A stretch of DNA of 64,000 bases from Bilabrum cf. latius (taxonomy: Eukaryota), in the NCBI GenBank assembly GCA_965178125.1, contig OZ237759.1, forward strand, positions 558,001 through 622,000. Reading direction: 5' to 3'. Shown here in pieces: positions 36,101-49,536 of this stretch. Within the stretch, counting starts at the first letter, position 1. The number at the start of each line of letters is the position of its first letter. The translations under genes and the position numbers were made by a program. A model generated the notes under the pieces. The model did not search any database and had not been told where the DNA came from. It worked only from the letters and a program-made list of their open reading frames with translations.

Positions 36101-39100
36101 GCGAGCTGGCGCCGATTCGGCGTCTTCATTTTGGTACTTGTCGCCGCTGCTTCGTCGAGCATTCGTGCTACCTTTTCGAATGGCAGCGCCAACCGCGCTC
36201 TATTTAGCTGGGTCGTCGGCACCGACTGGGGAGTGCAACCGGCCTTGGCCGCCGGGTGCAACGGTGGCTGGGCTCGTCTGCAAGGACGGCGCCTCGATCG
36301 CAACCTTGTCTGCTTGCCCGCTTGAACCGTTCTCGTCGTCTGAGAGACGTTCCCTGGAATTGATGGATGAGACTGTCGGCATGTCAGGCGATTCAGATGG
36401 TTTCCTACCGCCGCGCCGGGGTCTGAACCCCTCAGAGGGCGAAGGCACAGAGTCCAGTCCCATGGCTACCGCGGCCATGCTGGCTAGGTGACCCGGCGAG
36501 GAGGCGCCGATCCCGGTTGCAACCGGTTGTTTCGAGTCCGAGTTGTGCGGGGGCACGGGTCGAGGTTCTGCGGGCGACGGTACGACGCTTGCTGTCCCAC
36601 CTGAACGCATGTCCGTTGAGCCAACGTACCCAGCTGTGGGTGTCGAAGGCGTCCCTGTATTGGCCTGAAGCGGGGACACGTCTACAATAGCAGAGGCAGC
36701 TGCTTTAGGCGCATTGCTTGCACTGTCACTCGAAGGGAAATCGAACTGCTAGCGCTAGTGCTGGCCGTCCGACTCCCCGCGATCTCCTTTGCCCTTGCCC
36801 ACGGCGCTGCGCCTCGGGTCGAAAGTGGGCGATGCAGCCGCCGCCACTGCCATTGGTGACACAGACCGCGCCGGGCCCGTGCCCGTTCCTGAATGCGTAG
36901 AGGGATCCAAGGGAGCCAGAGGTACCTTTCTGCTGCTTGCTCCGTGCGGATGACCTGATCCACCACCCGGCTGAAAACCCACATCATCGCCTCCACTCGC
37001 GTGCCCTTGCCCTCTCTGCTCCCTGCCGCCGGATCGCAGCGGCGACCACTCCTGCCTTGCCTTGTTCCCTGCCCCATCTCGAAGCCCAACAGGGCGCCTG
37101 GCCAGGTCACTTTGACCACCCCTGGACTGCCCCCTTGACGCCCCCCGGGATTGACCACCCCTAGATTGGCCGCGTCGCCTGCGGCCTGCCACGTCCATCA
37201 GGCTGCCGATGGGAGTCTTGGGAGGGGCGTAAGGCGTTGGGGCCTGGCTGCCTGACGGTGAGGTGCTGTCGCTGCGTTGGGGCCCCCCCTCACGGCCGTC
37301 CTGATCTCGGGGCCGATCTGGGCTGGAGCTTCCGCTCCTGCCTCCAGCTGCCGAGTCGCCATCGCCTCCCACGGGAGTCTCGACGTGGAAGCCCACGCTG
37401 TTGCCCGCGGCACTGCCCCTGTCATCGTCACCTCCGATGACGTCACCACCGGCAATGCTGGTGCCACCGGTCCCTATGGAAAAGCCCTGTGTCGTTCGGA
37501 TCCGCAGATGCTTTATGCTGTTTTCTCCACCACCACCGACCCTCCTACTCCTACTACTGCTGCTGCCGCCTCCGCCGCCCATCCCGTCTGCTCTTCCAAC
37601 CGAAGCACGGCCCGGCGACTCTATCTCAGAGTCGGCGTAGGATGAGTCGAGCTAAGCGCCACCCTCACCATCGCGGCTGCTTTGCCAGCCCCCGTTGGAT
37701 CTTCCAGTCATCTGCGAGCCACCACCCCCTGGCGCGGACATCAGGGCAACGCCCGCCTTGCCGAACGACAGCACGTCGCTCCTGGGCTGCTTGCGGTTGA
37801 CCCTCGCAGTGTTGCTCCCTGGTCCCGGCGTGACGCTCCCACCGATGCTCCTCGACGCACCACCGCTTGCACCGTCCTGCTTGCGACCAACCCTCCGCAG
37901 GCTATACGAGGAGCTCTACCCCGGGCCGCGCCCAAGCTGCCCCAGCTGCCTCATGGACGGGGTATTCGGCCCGCTTCCCGAAGCAGACGCTGCCAGTCCG
38001 CCGGTGGTCGACGACAGTGGGGGCAGCGCGAGCCCACCCCGCCCCCTGCGCAGCTAGACACCCGGGCCGAAGACCCGTTCCAGCGCCGCTGAATCCACCG
38101 GTGGACCGACGCCCTCCCTCGTCACACGTGGCGGCGGCATCCACCCGACTGGAGGCTCGTTTTTCCTCCCGAATGGCCCGGCCTCTGAGCCGCCGTACAC
38201 CGCGATGTACTTTTTGAGCGATTTCTTGAGGCGTGCGATGTCTTTCTGTGCGCGGGCCAACAGCACCGAGTTGTCCTCCACCTCATTCACCTTGACTGAG
38301 GCGAGCACTTGCCTTGCCCTGTCTGCGAAATGCAAGGTGGACGCAGTTTCCTCGGCGCTTGAGGCAGCCGGGGACACTGTGGCTAGCACCACCGTGCGAC
38401 AATTACCTCCCAACGAGTCGCGCAGCAGCCTGGTCAGGGGCGAGTCGCGATAGGGCACGTGCTTGCGACCCTCTGAGAGCGCCGCAATGCAGTTACCCAG
38501 GGCACTGAGGCTCCTGTTGATCGAGGTGAGTTCCTTGGCATGCATCCCCTCTATCCTGGGCGCGCTCGCCCGGATGTCCCACTTCTCGCTCCCTGCCAGA
38601 TCCACAAGGGTCAATCGCGCCCGCCGAATCACGGTGCCCTGTTCCCCAGCACGCGCGGAACTGGTATTTCCGCTGCCTGCTCCTTGCCCCTGTCTCCTGG
38701 ACTCAATCGCCACGGACAGCTGGAGCACGCTGTGTGACCTGGAGGAGGCCTCGTTGAACTCCGTCGCCCTCACCGCCCTGTTCCTTGCGCCGACCGCAAG
38801 CAGTTCAAGCACGTCTTCCAGTGAGCTCACGCGGTACTCGCTGAGACCCGCAACGAACGTTCGTGTGCCACCCGAAGAACCACGATTCCCCTAGGATCCG
38901 ATGCCTGTGCGCGAGCCCCGGTCGAACCTGGGTGGCCTCCCCGTCCTGGCCCTGCGCTGGTCCTCGTCCTCGTCCATGATGGAGTGTGACGAGTGCCCGC
39001 GGGCGAGTCTTCCCCTCGAGGACGATCTGCTCCCAGGCCCCCGAGCTCCGCCTGCATTCGCTCTCCCTCTCTTTGAGCGGTGCCCCATGGAGGCGGGCCC

Positions 39101-40434
39101 CTCCCGGATGGCCAGAGCCCTCGCCCTCCTGGGGTCTGCCAGCAGATCGTAGCACCTGTCGTTGTATATCTGCAGGTAAGATGCCATGACCACCACCTCC
39201 TGCACGTCCTCTCCTTCAAGGGGAGATGGGCCCGAGGGAAACCATGATGGCAAACCAGATGACTCTGATGAGGACGTGGGGGAGGGTGCGGGTGCTAATG
39301 TGGTGGGCTGCGCTGGTGCGTCTGCGTCGGTATCTGGCAAGCTAGGGTCAGGGCCAGTGCCAGTGCCAGGCGATACAGAAGGGGTATCGGAAGGAGACTA
39401 TGATTGCGATGGATCTGCCCCAGCCCCCGAAGATGCCTCTGCTGCTTGTTTTTCGTTTGTTGCGTCGGCTGCAGGCCCTCTGTCGCTGGCACCTCCAGCG
39501 GCCCCCCCTGCCGGTTCATCAGGCCCGGAGTCGGCAGCATCTATCGTCTGGTTCGGGTCTGGGCCTGTACTATCGGAGGCTTTCCCGGTGCTGTCATTCT
39601 CGGCTTGCTGGCTAGCTCCCTACGTCTAACTGTCTTGTATTTCCTACCCTGATTCGCCCGATTTCGATTTCGGCTCACCACTAACTGACGTTACGTCGGG
39701 AGTTGACGCCTATGATTCACCCTATTGATCCCCGCTTTCTGTTTGACCATTCTTATCGGCGATTCCACCGTCTGCTCTCGACATCTGCTGGCCCGTCTCG
39801 GCGTCTAATCGTGCGAACAGCTGGTGAACCGCTCGAGGGAGCACGCCCCAGCGCCTGCTCGGCTCGGTGTTGAATCTACCCGTGCGGAGGCTGGCCTCCA
39901 TGCCTGCGCCTAGCATTGAATGCGTCTTACCGGTTCCTGCGTACCATGAAAGTGAAGTTGGGGGGGGAAGACTGTCGATTTGGCCGGTGGCCGTGCTTGC
40001 AGCTGCTCGGGTACATTCGATCCTCACCAGTTTGGCCGTAAGCAAAGACAGTCGCGTTGATGCCTCTAAGGACACTATCAACAGTGCTCGCCACTTGGCC
40101 ATACACTATCTCCTGCCCCTCGGTATCGTGCAGCACTCGATCGAAGGAGCACTCGAAGGTTAATGCCCTTGCAGGCACAGCAAGTAGTAGCGAATTCGGA
40201 CCATCTGGTCCCTGCTATACAGCCTGCTAGTATAAATGAATTTGGATTCTAATCTCATGATTGTTAAGTCAGCTGTTACGAGCGAAAAAATACACTACAA
40301 GTATTGGGCTACGGTCAGCTTGCGTACAGCCTTACAAGCGCATCGCCGGATTCTCGTGCATTCAAAGGTCTAAGACGAACCATAACTTTAAGTCTCTCTG
40401 TTCGTGCAGCATAATTTCCATTTCTTTGGCTCAT
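33101..40434 (-). CDS. Kinesin with N-terminal motor and long low-complexity tail (~2370 aa); exons 40434-40336, 40223-40028, 39936-33101
   Basis: LKVMVRLRP, FDRV, FAYGQTGTGKTHSM (across intron 39937-40027), SYLQIYND..YDLL, NEASSRSHSV, LVDLAGSE, HVPYRDSPLTRLL, ETASTLHFADRA. Many in-frame TAG; ends TAA. Confidence 0.92.
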
Positions 40435-40761
40435 GGTAGTGAAAATGACCCAACTGAAACACCAGATGCCGGTTGCAACCGGATGCTGGCCACAAGCCCG
40501 CCGCCGTGCAGGACCCACGCACCCGGCGGCTAGGAGTCACCGCCAGGACGGTTTGCATGGTCTTGGGTCTAATGATGAGCAACGACCTCGTTGTTGCATG
40601 GAGTACAGCGTAAGCGTGACACCATGACGGAGCGGGTCAACCCTCGAGTGACCGCCATCGAGATCACTGGGTCAATCTGGTCGGCGGCTAGTCTATCTCT
40701 GCATCGGTATGGATTCACTGATCAAATTCATTCGTTTTCTGATTCCCGAAGCGGTTGTCAT

Positions 40762-43700
40762 TCATACAGCAACAACGCACCAGCTAGCCACAGTCAGCAG
40801 TACCGCAGCAGCAGCAGGTATGCCAGCCACCACAAGCCGGTCCCACACCAGCAGCGGCCAAGGGGTCTGCAGCAGGTCTCGCCACTGCCCCGAATTGACC
40901 CTCACAACGATGCATGCATCTGTGGGACACACGCCGAACAGGCACAGAGTCGCCCATGCCAAGCAGACGAGGACCGCTCCAACTTCGAATGAGTTCATCA
41001 GAGCCAGATAATGAGAGCGAGCACGGCCCGGGGTGTACTAGCCACGCTTGGGAAGAGGTTCAGCTGATGCGGGGGATATCCTCGCCGAGTTATCCGAACG
41101 TGTGGTCAAGCCAGCCGCCGCCACCGTCCCACCCTCGGATTCGCTCCACAATTCAGGTAGCTGAAGGCGAATTCCTGCAACGTTCGTCGTCAGCCCAGAG
41201 TCATTCGTTGCAGCAATGCCAGGGTCCCGCTCACCGTCACTAGCTCTCCCATGTAGCAGTGCCTCATACATTGATTCGTCCTCAGATTGCGCGTCTGCGC
41301 CAGCTGTCGCCATACTGAGCAGCTGGATGAGTTCCCATCGGAACATGCCCAGCACGATGCAGATGCCTTGCACACTCACAGACATGTTTGACAGTCTCCA
41401 CAGCTGTTGCACATCATCCAATGCCGCTTTAGTCTGCACAACTATGGCCAAACAGCAACAACACTGCATCTAATCCCCATCAGCCACAATTTCATGGGAA
41501 TGAGTGTCACCTGCCTATGCCACCTAGCTGCTCTGTCCCGCGCATTCGCCCCTGGGATTTGCTTGGTCTTCACGCGTTGTAGTGCCAGATGCAAGATACG
41601 CCTCTCCAGAACTCAAATTGAACCCGCCCACAGGTGGGCTCGATGGTAGGGCATGGCTGACAGACTCACTGTGGTGCCCCGGCTGCAGGCGCATGCTAGA
41701 AGAGCTTTCATCCTCCCCCTTGGATCCCACGCTCTGAATTGTCACCATACGGGCCAGCTACCTCCCATACGAATCTCGTAGAACAGGAGCTTTCGTGCCG
41801 TTGCTCGCTTTGCTGGAGCTGCCTCGTTGCGTGTACCTTGCGTCGAGTGGCACATTGATGCCACCGGGAGAGGTATCAACGGAGGGGTCGGCTGTGGCGG
41901 TGCTCTCAGTCTACGATGTGCTCAGCTGTGAAAGTCCAAGCACCTCGACGACATCTACGGGCGTTGGTTCGTACAGCCGGTTGATCGGGTCATCTGGATG
42001 CAAAGGCTGGTTGGCGAGAATTCGAGCCTGCATTCGCCTCCGGTAGTCGAGCTGCCCACTGCGGACCAGCGCAAGCCCTAACACAACACACCTGATCATT
42101 GCTGACGCAAAAAGCGCTACAAATAGCACGTACCCAGGTACCTGAAGGGCCGCAATCGTGAGTGCTGCTGCCAGCACCCAGTACTGTGCCTGCGTGCATG
42201 CCAGCAGGACGGCCATGGTCGTAGCTGCTGAGCGACGGCCGGAACGGTGGCACACGCTGAACGCTAGCCCTACAGCTCCAAATGACACCACTGCGATGGA
42301 TGTTATTACAACAGGAAGTGTAATCCACACTTTGGCCGATACAACGGTCACCTATGTACTGCCAAGTGTATCATAATCCTCGGTTGGTGTAAATACCGGC
42401 AGCCCCGGCAAATGAATCTGCAGGCTCACCGACTTCGCGTCCACGGCCAGCAGCCACACACCAGCCAGGCCAGCCTCGGGGCCACCACGCATCGCCCGCG
42501 CAACCCTCTGGAGCAAGCTGCCTGTGGTCATGGATCGCTGCGGCGTGTCATGCTGTTGCTTACTGCTGCCAATTTGTGGTTCTATTCCGTGCTGCTTAGA
42601 TAGCACTGGCTACGCTAGCACGGTGATCCGCATCGGCAACTCCCTGCACCAGCCATTCGCCTCTAGGTTCGAGTTGCACTCATCACGCACACCAGATGCC
42701 GCACCTGTTGACACACCCACCAGCTGCACGTGCCAACGGCACCACTACTACTCATGTCCTGTGCATCCCGTCTAGTCACCAAGGTCCATCTCCAGGTCGG
42801 CAAGCAGCCACTCCAGCTGCTGCTTGGATGGATTGGGCCACTGCAGGCCAGGGGGCTGCCACGGAGACGTCCGGCTGAGCGGCACGGCGGCGGGCCACGT
42901 GCTGGCATCGAACGCCAGGTCAAACTGCACGTGCCCCCTGCTCACAGGCAGCCGCTGAGCCCATCGTGACGATCGAGACCAGGACCGGTGCCAGAGGCGA
43001 TCATCATCAGGCTCGCACGACATGGATGGCAGCGGAAGCGGACTTCCACTGTTGCTTGCATTGCCGTACGATGGACCGGACAATCCAGTCACCACCGGAT
43101 GCACAGACCCCAGAGCAGGCACCTGCGCCAGCCGATCGTTCCCGTACACCCTCTCGTCCTGCACCAGACCAGGATATCCAAGCCAGTACGAGTACCAGTG
43201 ACGCGCCTGGCTCGCCACCAGAGCCCAACCATCTCGTGATGCACCCGCTGCTCCTGCCCCGACGCCGACCGCAGCCAGCCCTGCGTCCCGCTCGAGACCC
43301 ACATCCACCGCGATGTGGCTGGGATCGTCGCACATAGCCAGGCAGTAGGGGCGCTCCTGGAAGTACCCTTGTGGGGCGGTACGGGCACATGCCCACCGTC
43401 CTCGGTTGATGGGAGGCAGGGTGGCATTTGGCGATGGAGGCAGCATGCGGTGCGGGACGGGTCCTCGATACACAGCGTATGGGCCGTGGATGGCCGCATC
43501 GGAAAATATCGGAGTCGGTACAGTGCCGTCTTTGACCAAACTACGCGAGGCTCGCTTCAACATACTTGCAGGGATATACTGCACGCTGCTTCGATGCGCT
43601 GCAGCATCCGACTCGTTCCATCTGCCCGCTTGCGCAGGCCAGTACTGCTACTTTTCATCGTACCAAGCTCTGCTCCAACCACCAAGCGAGAATCCGGCGC

Positions 43701-45525
43701 CGTTCTGTGTCAATGGCATGTCAACCGGCAGAATATCGGTATTCAGTGCATCGAAGTCAAGACTGTATGATAAGGCGCATCCCACCATGCCGGTTGGGAA
43801 CAGCTATGCAATGTCCGAGGCCACGTAGTCGTCCACGGCCTGCCTGTACTGCGGGCTGCTGGCGTTGGTGGAGGACCCCACGTCTGGCCTGCACGTCCTG
43901 GAGGCGATGCACGATGTGTCGTCCAGGAACACGAGCTTTGATGCAGAACTCTCTGGATACAAGGGAATGGGAGCCCCGCATGATAGCGGGTTGAAAGAGG
44001 TCGTGTCAGCCTTGCCAGTGAAGAGTGTGCCGTTACGCTTTAGTACCGCGGCGCTTGGCACGTTGCTCGTCATCGTTACCACGTGAGCTCGGTTCACGCG
44101 CCACGGATAGTCACTGAAGTCGCCAGAGGCAGTCGCATTCGGTCCGACCGGCAGCACAGCAACGGTGCCCGGTGGCCAGATTGTGGTGACAGTCTGGGAC
44201 CACACTGCGGTTCTTGCTCTGGCCGTCATGCCCGGCCTGGCGTTACCCTCGTCGGATCGAACGCTGCACGTGAGTACAGCCCGAAAGAATCCGTTTTGGT
44301 CTCCTTGTTCCCCGCGTCGGGTGGCTACGTAGCTATGTGGGTCGTAGCTGAATGCTCGCAGCGACGGGCACTACTGACTAGCATTCGCACGAGTGGAAGG
44401 CGCACTGGTGGGGGCGGTGTTGTCGGCATGTCGATCTCTGCTCGCTTTGTTGATTATATGGCTGGATGCTTTTCCCTGGTGCTCTCCCCACGTCTTTGGC
44501 CACAGCACCGTCTGCCGGCATGTGTCGTTGAGAGGGATCGGCTAGTCCATGGGGGTGCAGTCGGGGTCAAAGGTGCGTCGGGGGCAGTCTACGACCGTGA
44601 CGACAGCGCAAATTTGCTGATGAACCGCCCCCCCGTGCACGGCAAGGCTCAAGCTCTGTTCCTGGCGCCATGCTATGTATTTGTGCCCATTCGAAGCGAT
44701 GTCCTCGTACCGGGCCCTTATGCCCGGCCGTGCGGTGGCTCCTGTCCTGGACCACTGCTGCCACTTGCTGGCGTATAGCGTCAAACCAATGCTGCGAGGT
44801 TGTGCGATCAGTGCCCAGTGCTCCACCGTGTAGGGCTCTGCGGCCCGCGCTGGAGGAGCAATCGAGGGCCACTTCCAGTGCCTCTGGTCTTGCCTTGCGC
44901 CGACCCCACTGGCAAGCAACGGTTGCTACGGAGTCGCCATCGCTGGAGCCGCGCGCTGGCTTACTTGAGCGAGTCCGCACTAGTTCATTATACCGACCTA
45001 TTTTTGGCCAATTCGGTTGTTCCAGCAAGGGGTGGCACGTGGGTGGCTTGGGAGGCTCTTAGGAGCCAAATCGTAGTTGTCAGGGTGCTAATCATTGCGC
45101 CGCCAGGGCTGCAATACCACGGATGTACAATTGATATTCTCCGGATCGTATACAACTCTTGCCTGTGTCCAATTCAGCGTTCGTACCTGTCGTCGGCCAG
45201 CGCGTTGCCGAAGGTCACGCACATCGCGAAGTGCTCTCCATGTATCTGCGGGCAGATTGGTTCCAAATTCATTGCGTATCCAATCGATCTTTGATAAATT
45301 CGGGATAATAGCTTGCCTTCCTGTCTTACTGTTGCAAACAGCTACTACATTGTCTGACGGCGCCCAGTTCGTGAGCAATGCTTGTGGCATTCCATTCAGG
45401 ATAGAATGAAACAAGCGCGAGCCCTTAACAGCTACAAACACCAAAACAAAGCCATAACATACCAGTTGAGTGAAAAAGGGGGACATTATCGTGGGCTTTG
45501 GCCCCATGCATGCGATTGCCGTCAT
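40762..45525 (-). CDS. Hypothetical ~1590 aa membrane protein with large Cys/Trp-containing ectodomain and C-terminal TM helices
   Basis: Nine supplied ORFs (45088-45525 to 40762-40998) share one frame; all gaps checked contain only TAG; ends TGA 40762-40764. Confidence 0.75.
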
Positions 45526-45740
45526 TCAAATCTTCATCTTCAGGTTTTGATAGCAGTCGAAGCAAAGCTCCAGATTTCTTGCGGGTGGCACGTCAGATTT
45601 CTTGACTGACAAACGTGCCACCCGTTGCATAGAAGCGCCAACATCCCGTTGCGTCCGTTTTGCGGTGCTTGTCGACTTCATGCGAGAATTCAATGACTGC
45701 TACAGCTAAATTTCCCGCCAGCTGCCTCCTGGTCGGCATA

Positions 45741-46973
45741 TCAAACAGGCTGCAACTCTAATGGCAAAGCAACGGGAGCTTCCTGCCCATTCGCAGCCAA
45801 GTGTAAGCCCCTAGGCGGCTCTATGCCTTCGCACAGGCACAACCCGCAGCACTCACCCCTGGGACCACCACCACAGCGCCCAGCGCCCCGCAAGCACCCC
45901 CCGCTGCATCGAAGATCGCCAATGAAATCAATCTGGGCAGGGCGCTCCTGGCTCCAATCTGGTCGTCGCACTCGCCACAGGTGTAACAGCAGGCACATTG
46001 GCACTGCCAATGGGGCTAGAACAGTGCCCCATATCCTAAACACTGCCGTCGAGCCGAACTGGGGGGAGGCCGCAAACAACTCGCGCTGCCACCAAGACTT
46101 CGTGCCAGGGTCTGCGATCCACAGTTTAATGCAGCGCGCAAGTATAAGAAGGGACAGACCGCCTGCGAGTGCTGTTCCAACGACGTAGGTCCAGGCGATG
46201 CAAGCCATCCGGAACCTGCAGCGGCACCTCAGCACGAAACGTGATCGAATGCTAGCGGCCTATGTCCATATGATCGAGTTCAATCCGCACAAAACAACAC
46301 TTGATAGGGCAATTACTATTTGGCCTAGTGCCATGCATAGCATAGATGTGTAGTGTAGCCAATCGTGAATTTCGATTTCTACGTTGCCGCCCGCCGGTGC
46401 TCTGTCGCAGAATTCACGACCTCCCGCTGCTATAGAATAATTTAAAACCCCTCTGGACGTTGGCACTTGTATAATTACGTCGAGTATTGTGTCTGTATCC
46501 TCAGCTATTGCTACTCTTTGGCCATCCCCTGCGGGGCTGCCGTCCTGGGACACCACGGCCTCTGGGTACTTCCATACTCGAGTCCCGCGATGCTCATTAC
46601 TTACGATATCGTCTATAATTACTATTTTTGCACCTAATTGATCTTGGACCCATTCAGACAGACTCTGCGACTGTTGCTGCATCACCGCCACTCCATTCCC
46701 ACCAGCGGGTACTAGCTGATTCGCATACTATAAACCACCGTCGTACCGAGTGATGAGGAGATTCGGTACGATTGGATGGCCAGACTCATTTAGCAGCCTA
46801 TGCCACGTTCCGGTCACGCACGCAGTATCTAGAGCTGCGTTCGTATTGTAGTTCAGCCTGGCAAGCATGAGCCCGGAGTAGCTTAGGCATCCGTACGCCA
46901 AAAACGTCAACACGGTGTATGTAGTAAGGCCCCATCGCAAGTGGTGTAAGTCATCAGAGTGCTGTCCATGCAT
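45741..46973 (-). CDS. Hypothetical ~410 aa multi-pass membrane protein
   Basis: ORFs 46728-46973, 46260-46691 and 45741-46235 are in one frame joined by 2 TAG codons; several hydrophobic segments; ends TGA. Confidence 0.65.
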
Positions 46974-47264
46974 GGGTGGCTGAAATCGAACAAAGTATGA
47001 AATTCATCATTTTGGTGCTCGTGAGGTGCAGTGCACTTCAAGTTGAAAAGATGATATCGAGTGCGAGACCCCACCGGGAAGGGCACTGTGCCACCAACGG
47101 GGTGAACGAACTCGCTAGCAACCCGATGCCGTTAATGCCATTGACCGAAACAGTGACCCGGTCGAAGATGCACAGCCATTGAGCACGAGGAGGTCCCCCA
47201 CCCCTCGGGCCAACTTGGAACAGCAGGGCACAAAGATGAGACTGAATGGTCACCGCGCAACCAC

Positions 47265-47325
47265 CTGATCCGATCACCCTCTGATCCGATCACCCTCTGA
47301 TCCGATCACCCTCTGATCCGATCAC
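47265..47325. repeat. 16-bp tandem repeat (CTGATCCGATCACCCT) x3.8
   Basis: Read directly; the last partial copy overlaps the prefoldin stop codon. Confidence 0.95.
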
Positions 47326-48116
47326 TTACCACCGCTCCTCGCCGCCCCCGGCCTCCTGTTCTTGACATCGTAGTTGAACGACCTCGTGATGTTCACCTCG
47401 GTGGTCGTCTTGTTCTCCCTCAAAAACGCGAGCGATTCCTCGATCTCCTCTATTTTCTTGGCCCCGATCTCCAGCTTCTCCTTGAGCAGCTTGCGGGCCT
47501 CTTCGTACGAGTACTCCACCATCACGTTGGCGCCCACCCACAGGCCAACGGTCCCGCTCGCGGGCACCTCTGCCTGGGCATAGACCTAGTCGCTAAGGTT
47601 GAATCTTGTTTTCAAGGGCTCAGCGTCCGGGCCAGCTTCCTGCTTTGCCTAAAGCATCTCGATGTACTCCACCGAGCGCTCCAGCTCCGGCACTCCAGCC
47701 TGCAACCTCTATCGGTCCTGAATCATGAGAGACTCCATATACTTATATTTACTGCGGTGAAAAAACATGCGCGGCGAATATAAATGGGCTGTAAGTGTAG
47801 ACAAGCATTAAACCGCCCGTCCTGCCATCATGTTTTGAGTTATAATGTTTGCAGACGCAGCTATGCGCGCATGCGGCCCCACTTACCCATGCATTGTATG
47901 CAAAGCTTGCAGCAACTCCTCGATTGTGCACGACTTCTCATCGAGAACTGCGGCAATATCTTTCAGAAACTTCATGCTGGGGATACCTTTTGGGTTCCTG
48001 GGGCCAAGCACGTCTACCATTCCAGCGGCCATCTTGAACTCGGAAGACGCCGCAGTAGTAGAAGTACCACTAGACACCCCACCAGCCGCGGCACCACCTG
48101 CAGCCGCGCTTGCCAT
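47322..48116 (-). CDS. PFDN3: Prefoldin subunit 3; exons 48116-47887 and 47751-47322
   Basis: NPKGIP...KYKYME...RFNLSD[TAG]VYAQAEVP..GTVGLWVGANVMVEYSYEEA...FLRENKTTTEVNITRSFNYDVKNRR. Intron 47752-47886; TAG at 47709, 47649 and 47586; ends TGA. Confidence 0.93.
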
Positions 48117-48236
48117 ACTGCGTGAAAGACCTTAATGTGCTTACGGCCGCCTTTTGGAACTGCACTGATCACACTGAGGCGCCGCGCAATTATAGTTCCG
48201 GAAAAACGAAACGGACATGAGCATATTCGTGTTGGG

Positions 48237-49454
48237 ATGAGCTCTCTTGGAGTAAAAGGCTACACGGGCCATAGACCAGCTGCTGCTGGCGATACATATT
48301 CTTATGAACCTGGGACGTCGCTGGATGGAAGAGAGAAGCGATACATGCAGCTATTTCACACAATAAAGAGGCGTAGCGCACTTGGCGGTGAAATTGACGA
48401 CAGAAGATCGGTACAGCAGACCTCAACAGCTGGCATGAAGCCACAGGATTTCTTATAGGATGAAACGTCGAGGATGGTGTGAGGAGCTGCCGATTACACG
48501 CATGGATTCCGTTCTGGAAGTTTGTTGTGGACGTGGGCCATGACAACTTCGTCGCTTTCGTTCGCGTCTTTGTTTCAATATCGCAGTCCGTACGCCACAG
48601 AAGTAGCCAGACGAATGCCTGTAGAGAAGCCCCTGGTGACAGGGTCTACATATGGCGCCAGCTTTCCCGATTTCTAGAAAGAAGCCAAAGCAGTCGCCGA
48701 CATGTCTGACGATGACTTTGAGCGAGCATTCAGGGAAGTTGACATTGACGGTTCTGGCGCACTCGACAAGGGTGAGCTGAGCCTTTTGCTCAGGCATTTG
48801 CTCGGGAGGGAACCCACGGACCTTTAGGTCAAGGCACTGCAGCAGCTCTCCGATTCCAATCGCGATGGGCGCGTTACGTGGCCGGAGCTCAAAGACGCGC
48901 TCCCCACCATTCGGGATAGAATCGTGAGGACCGCCAAGGTCACCTACGGGAAAGCGGGCCAGCCCACTCTGCGCCTGCCCATGGCGCCAGAGGTGGTGGC
49001 GGGGGGCCCCATGGTGAGCGCGGCGGGGATCGACGTGGGGCCCCTTGGCCGGGTGCCTGCCCGCATGCCGCTTCGGGATCCGAAGACAGGGGGGATGGCT
49101 AGCACCACCACCGACCTGGCCGAGGGAACAAGCAAGGGTACTCGTCACATCCCTGGGTACGCTGGGTACATCGCGGCGAACGCGGGCAAATCCGCGGCTG
49201 GGAGCCATAGCTTCGGCGCCTCTGCTCGGGACACCTTCCACTCGAAGAACAACATGGGGGAGGCGCACACAGTCAGGATGAAGGGATACACGGGGTACAT
49301 GCCCAAGGGGCACGCCATTCCGGCGGATGTGGATAAGCCCCGGGGACAGTTCGCCGCGACGGACACGGCGGCAGCGGATTCGCTCGTGGAAGCCTACTGG
49401 GCAGCTAGGGCCAAGGTTGCTGCGTCCAAGGCGGCTGCCGGGGGCGGGTCTTGA
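48237..49454 (+). CDS. EF-hand protein with GY(T/A)G(H/Y) motifs, probable axonemal microtubule inner protein; exons 48237-48478, 48587-49454
   Basis: EF loops DIDGSGALDKGE and DSNRDGRVTWPE; GYTGHRP, HIPGYAGYI, KGYTGYMP. Intron 48479-48586; TAG at 48456, 48675 and 48825; ends TGA. Confidence 0.75.
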
Positions 49455-49536
49455 TTGTGGTTTAGAATCAGTACGGAAGAAAAGGTGTATATGGACTGAA
49501 ATAAAGCGCTGCGCAGCAAGCGACACGGTCGATCAG

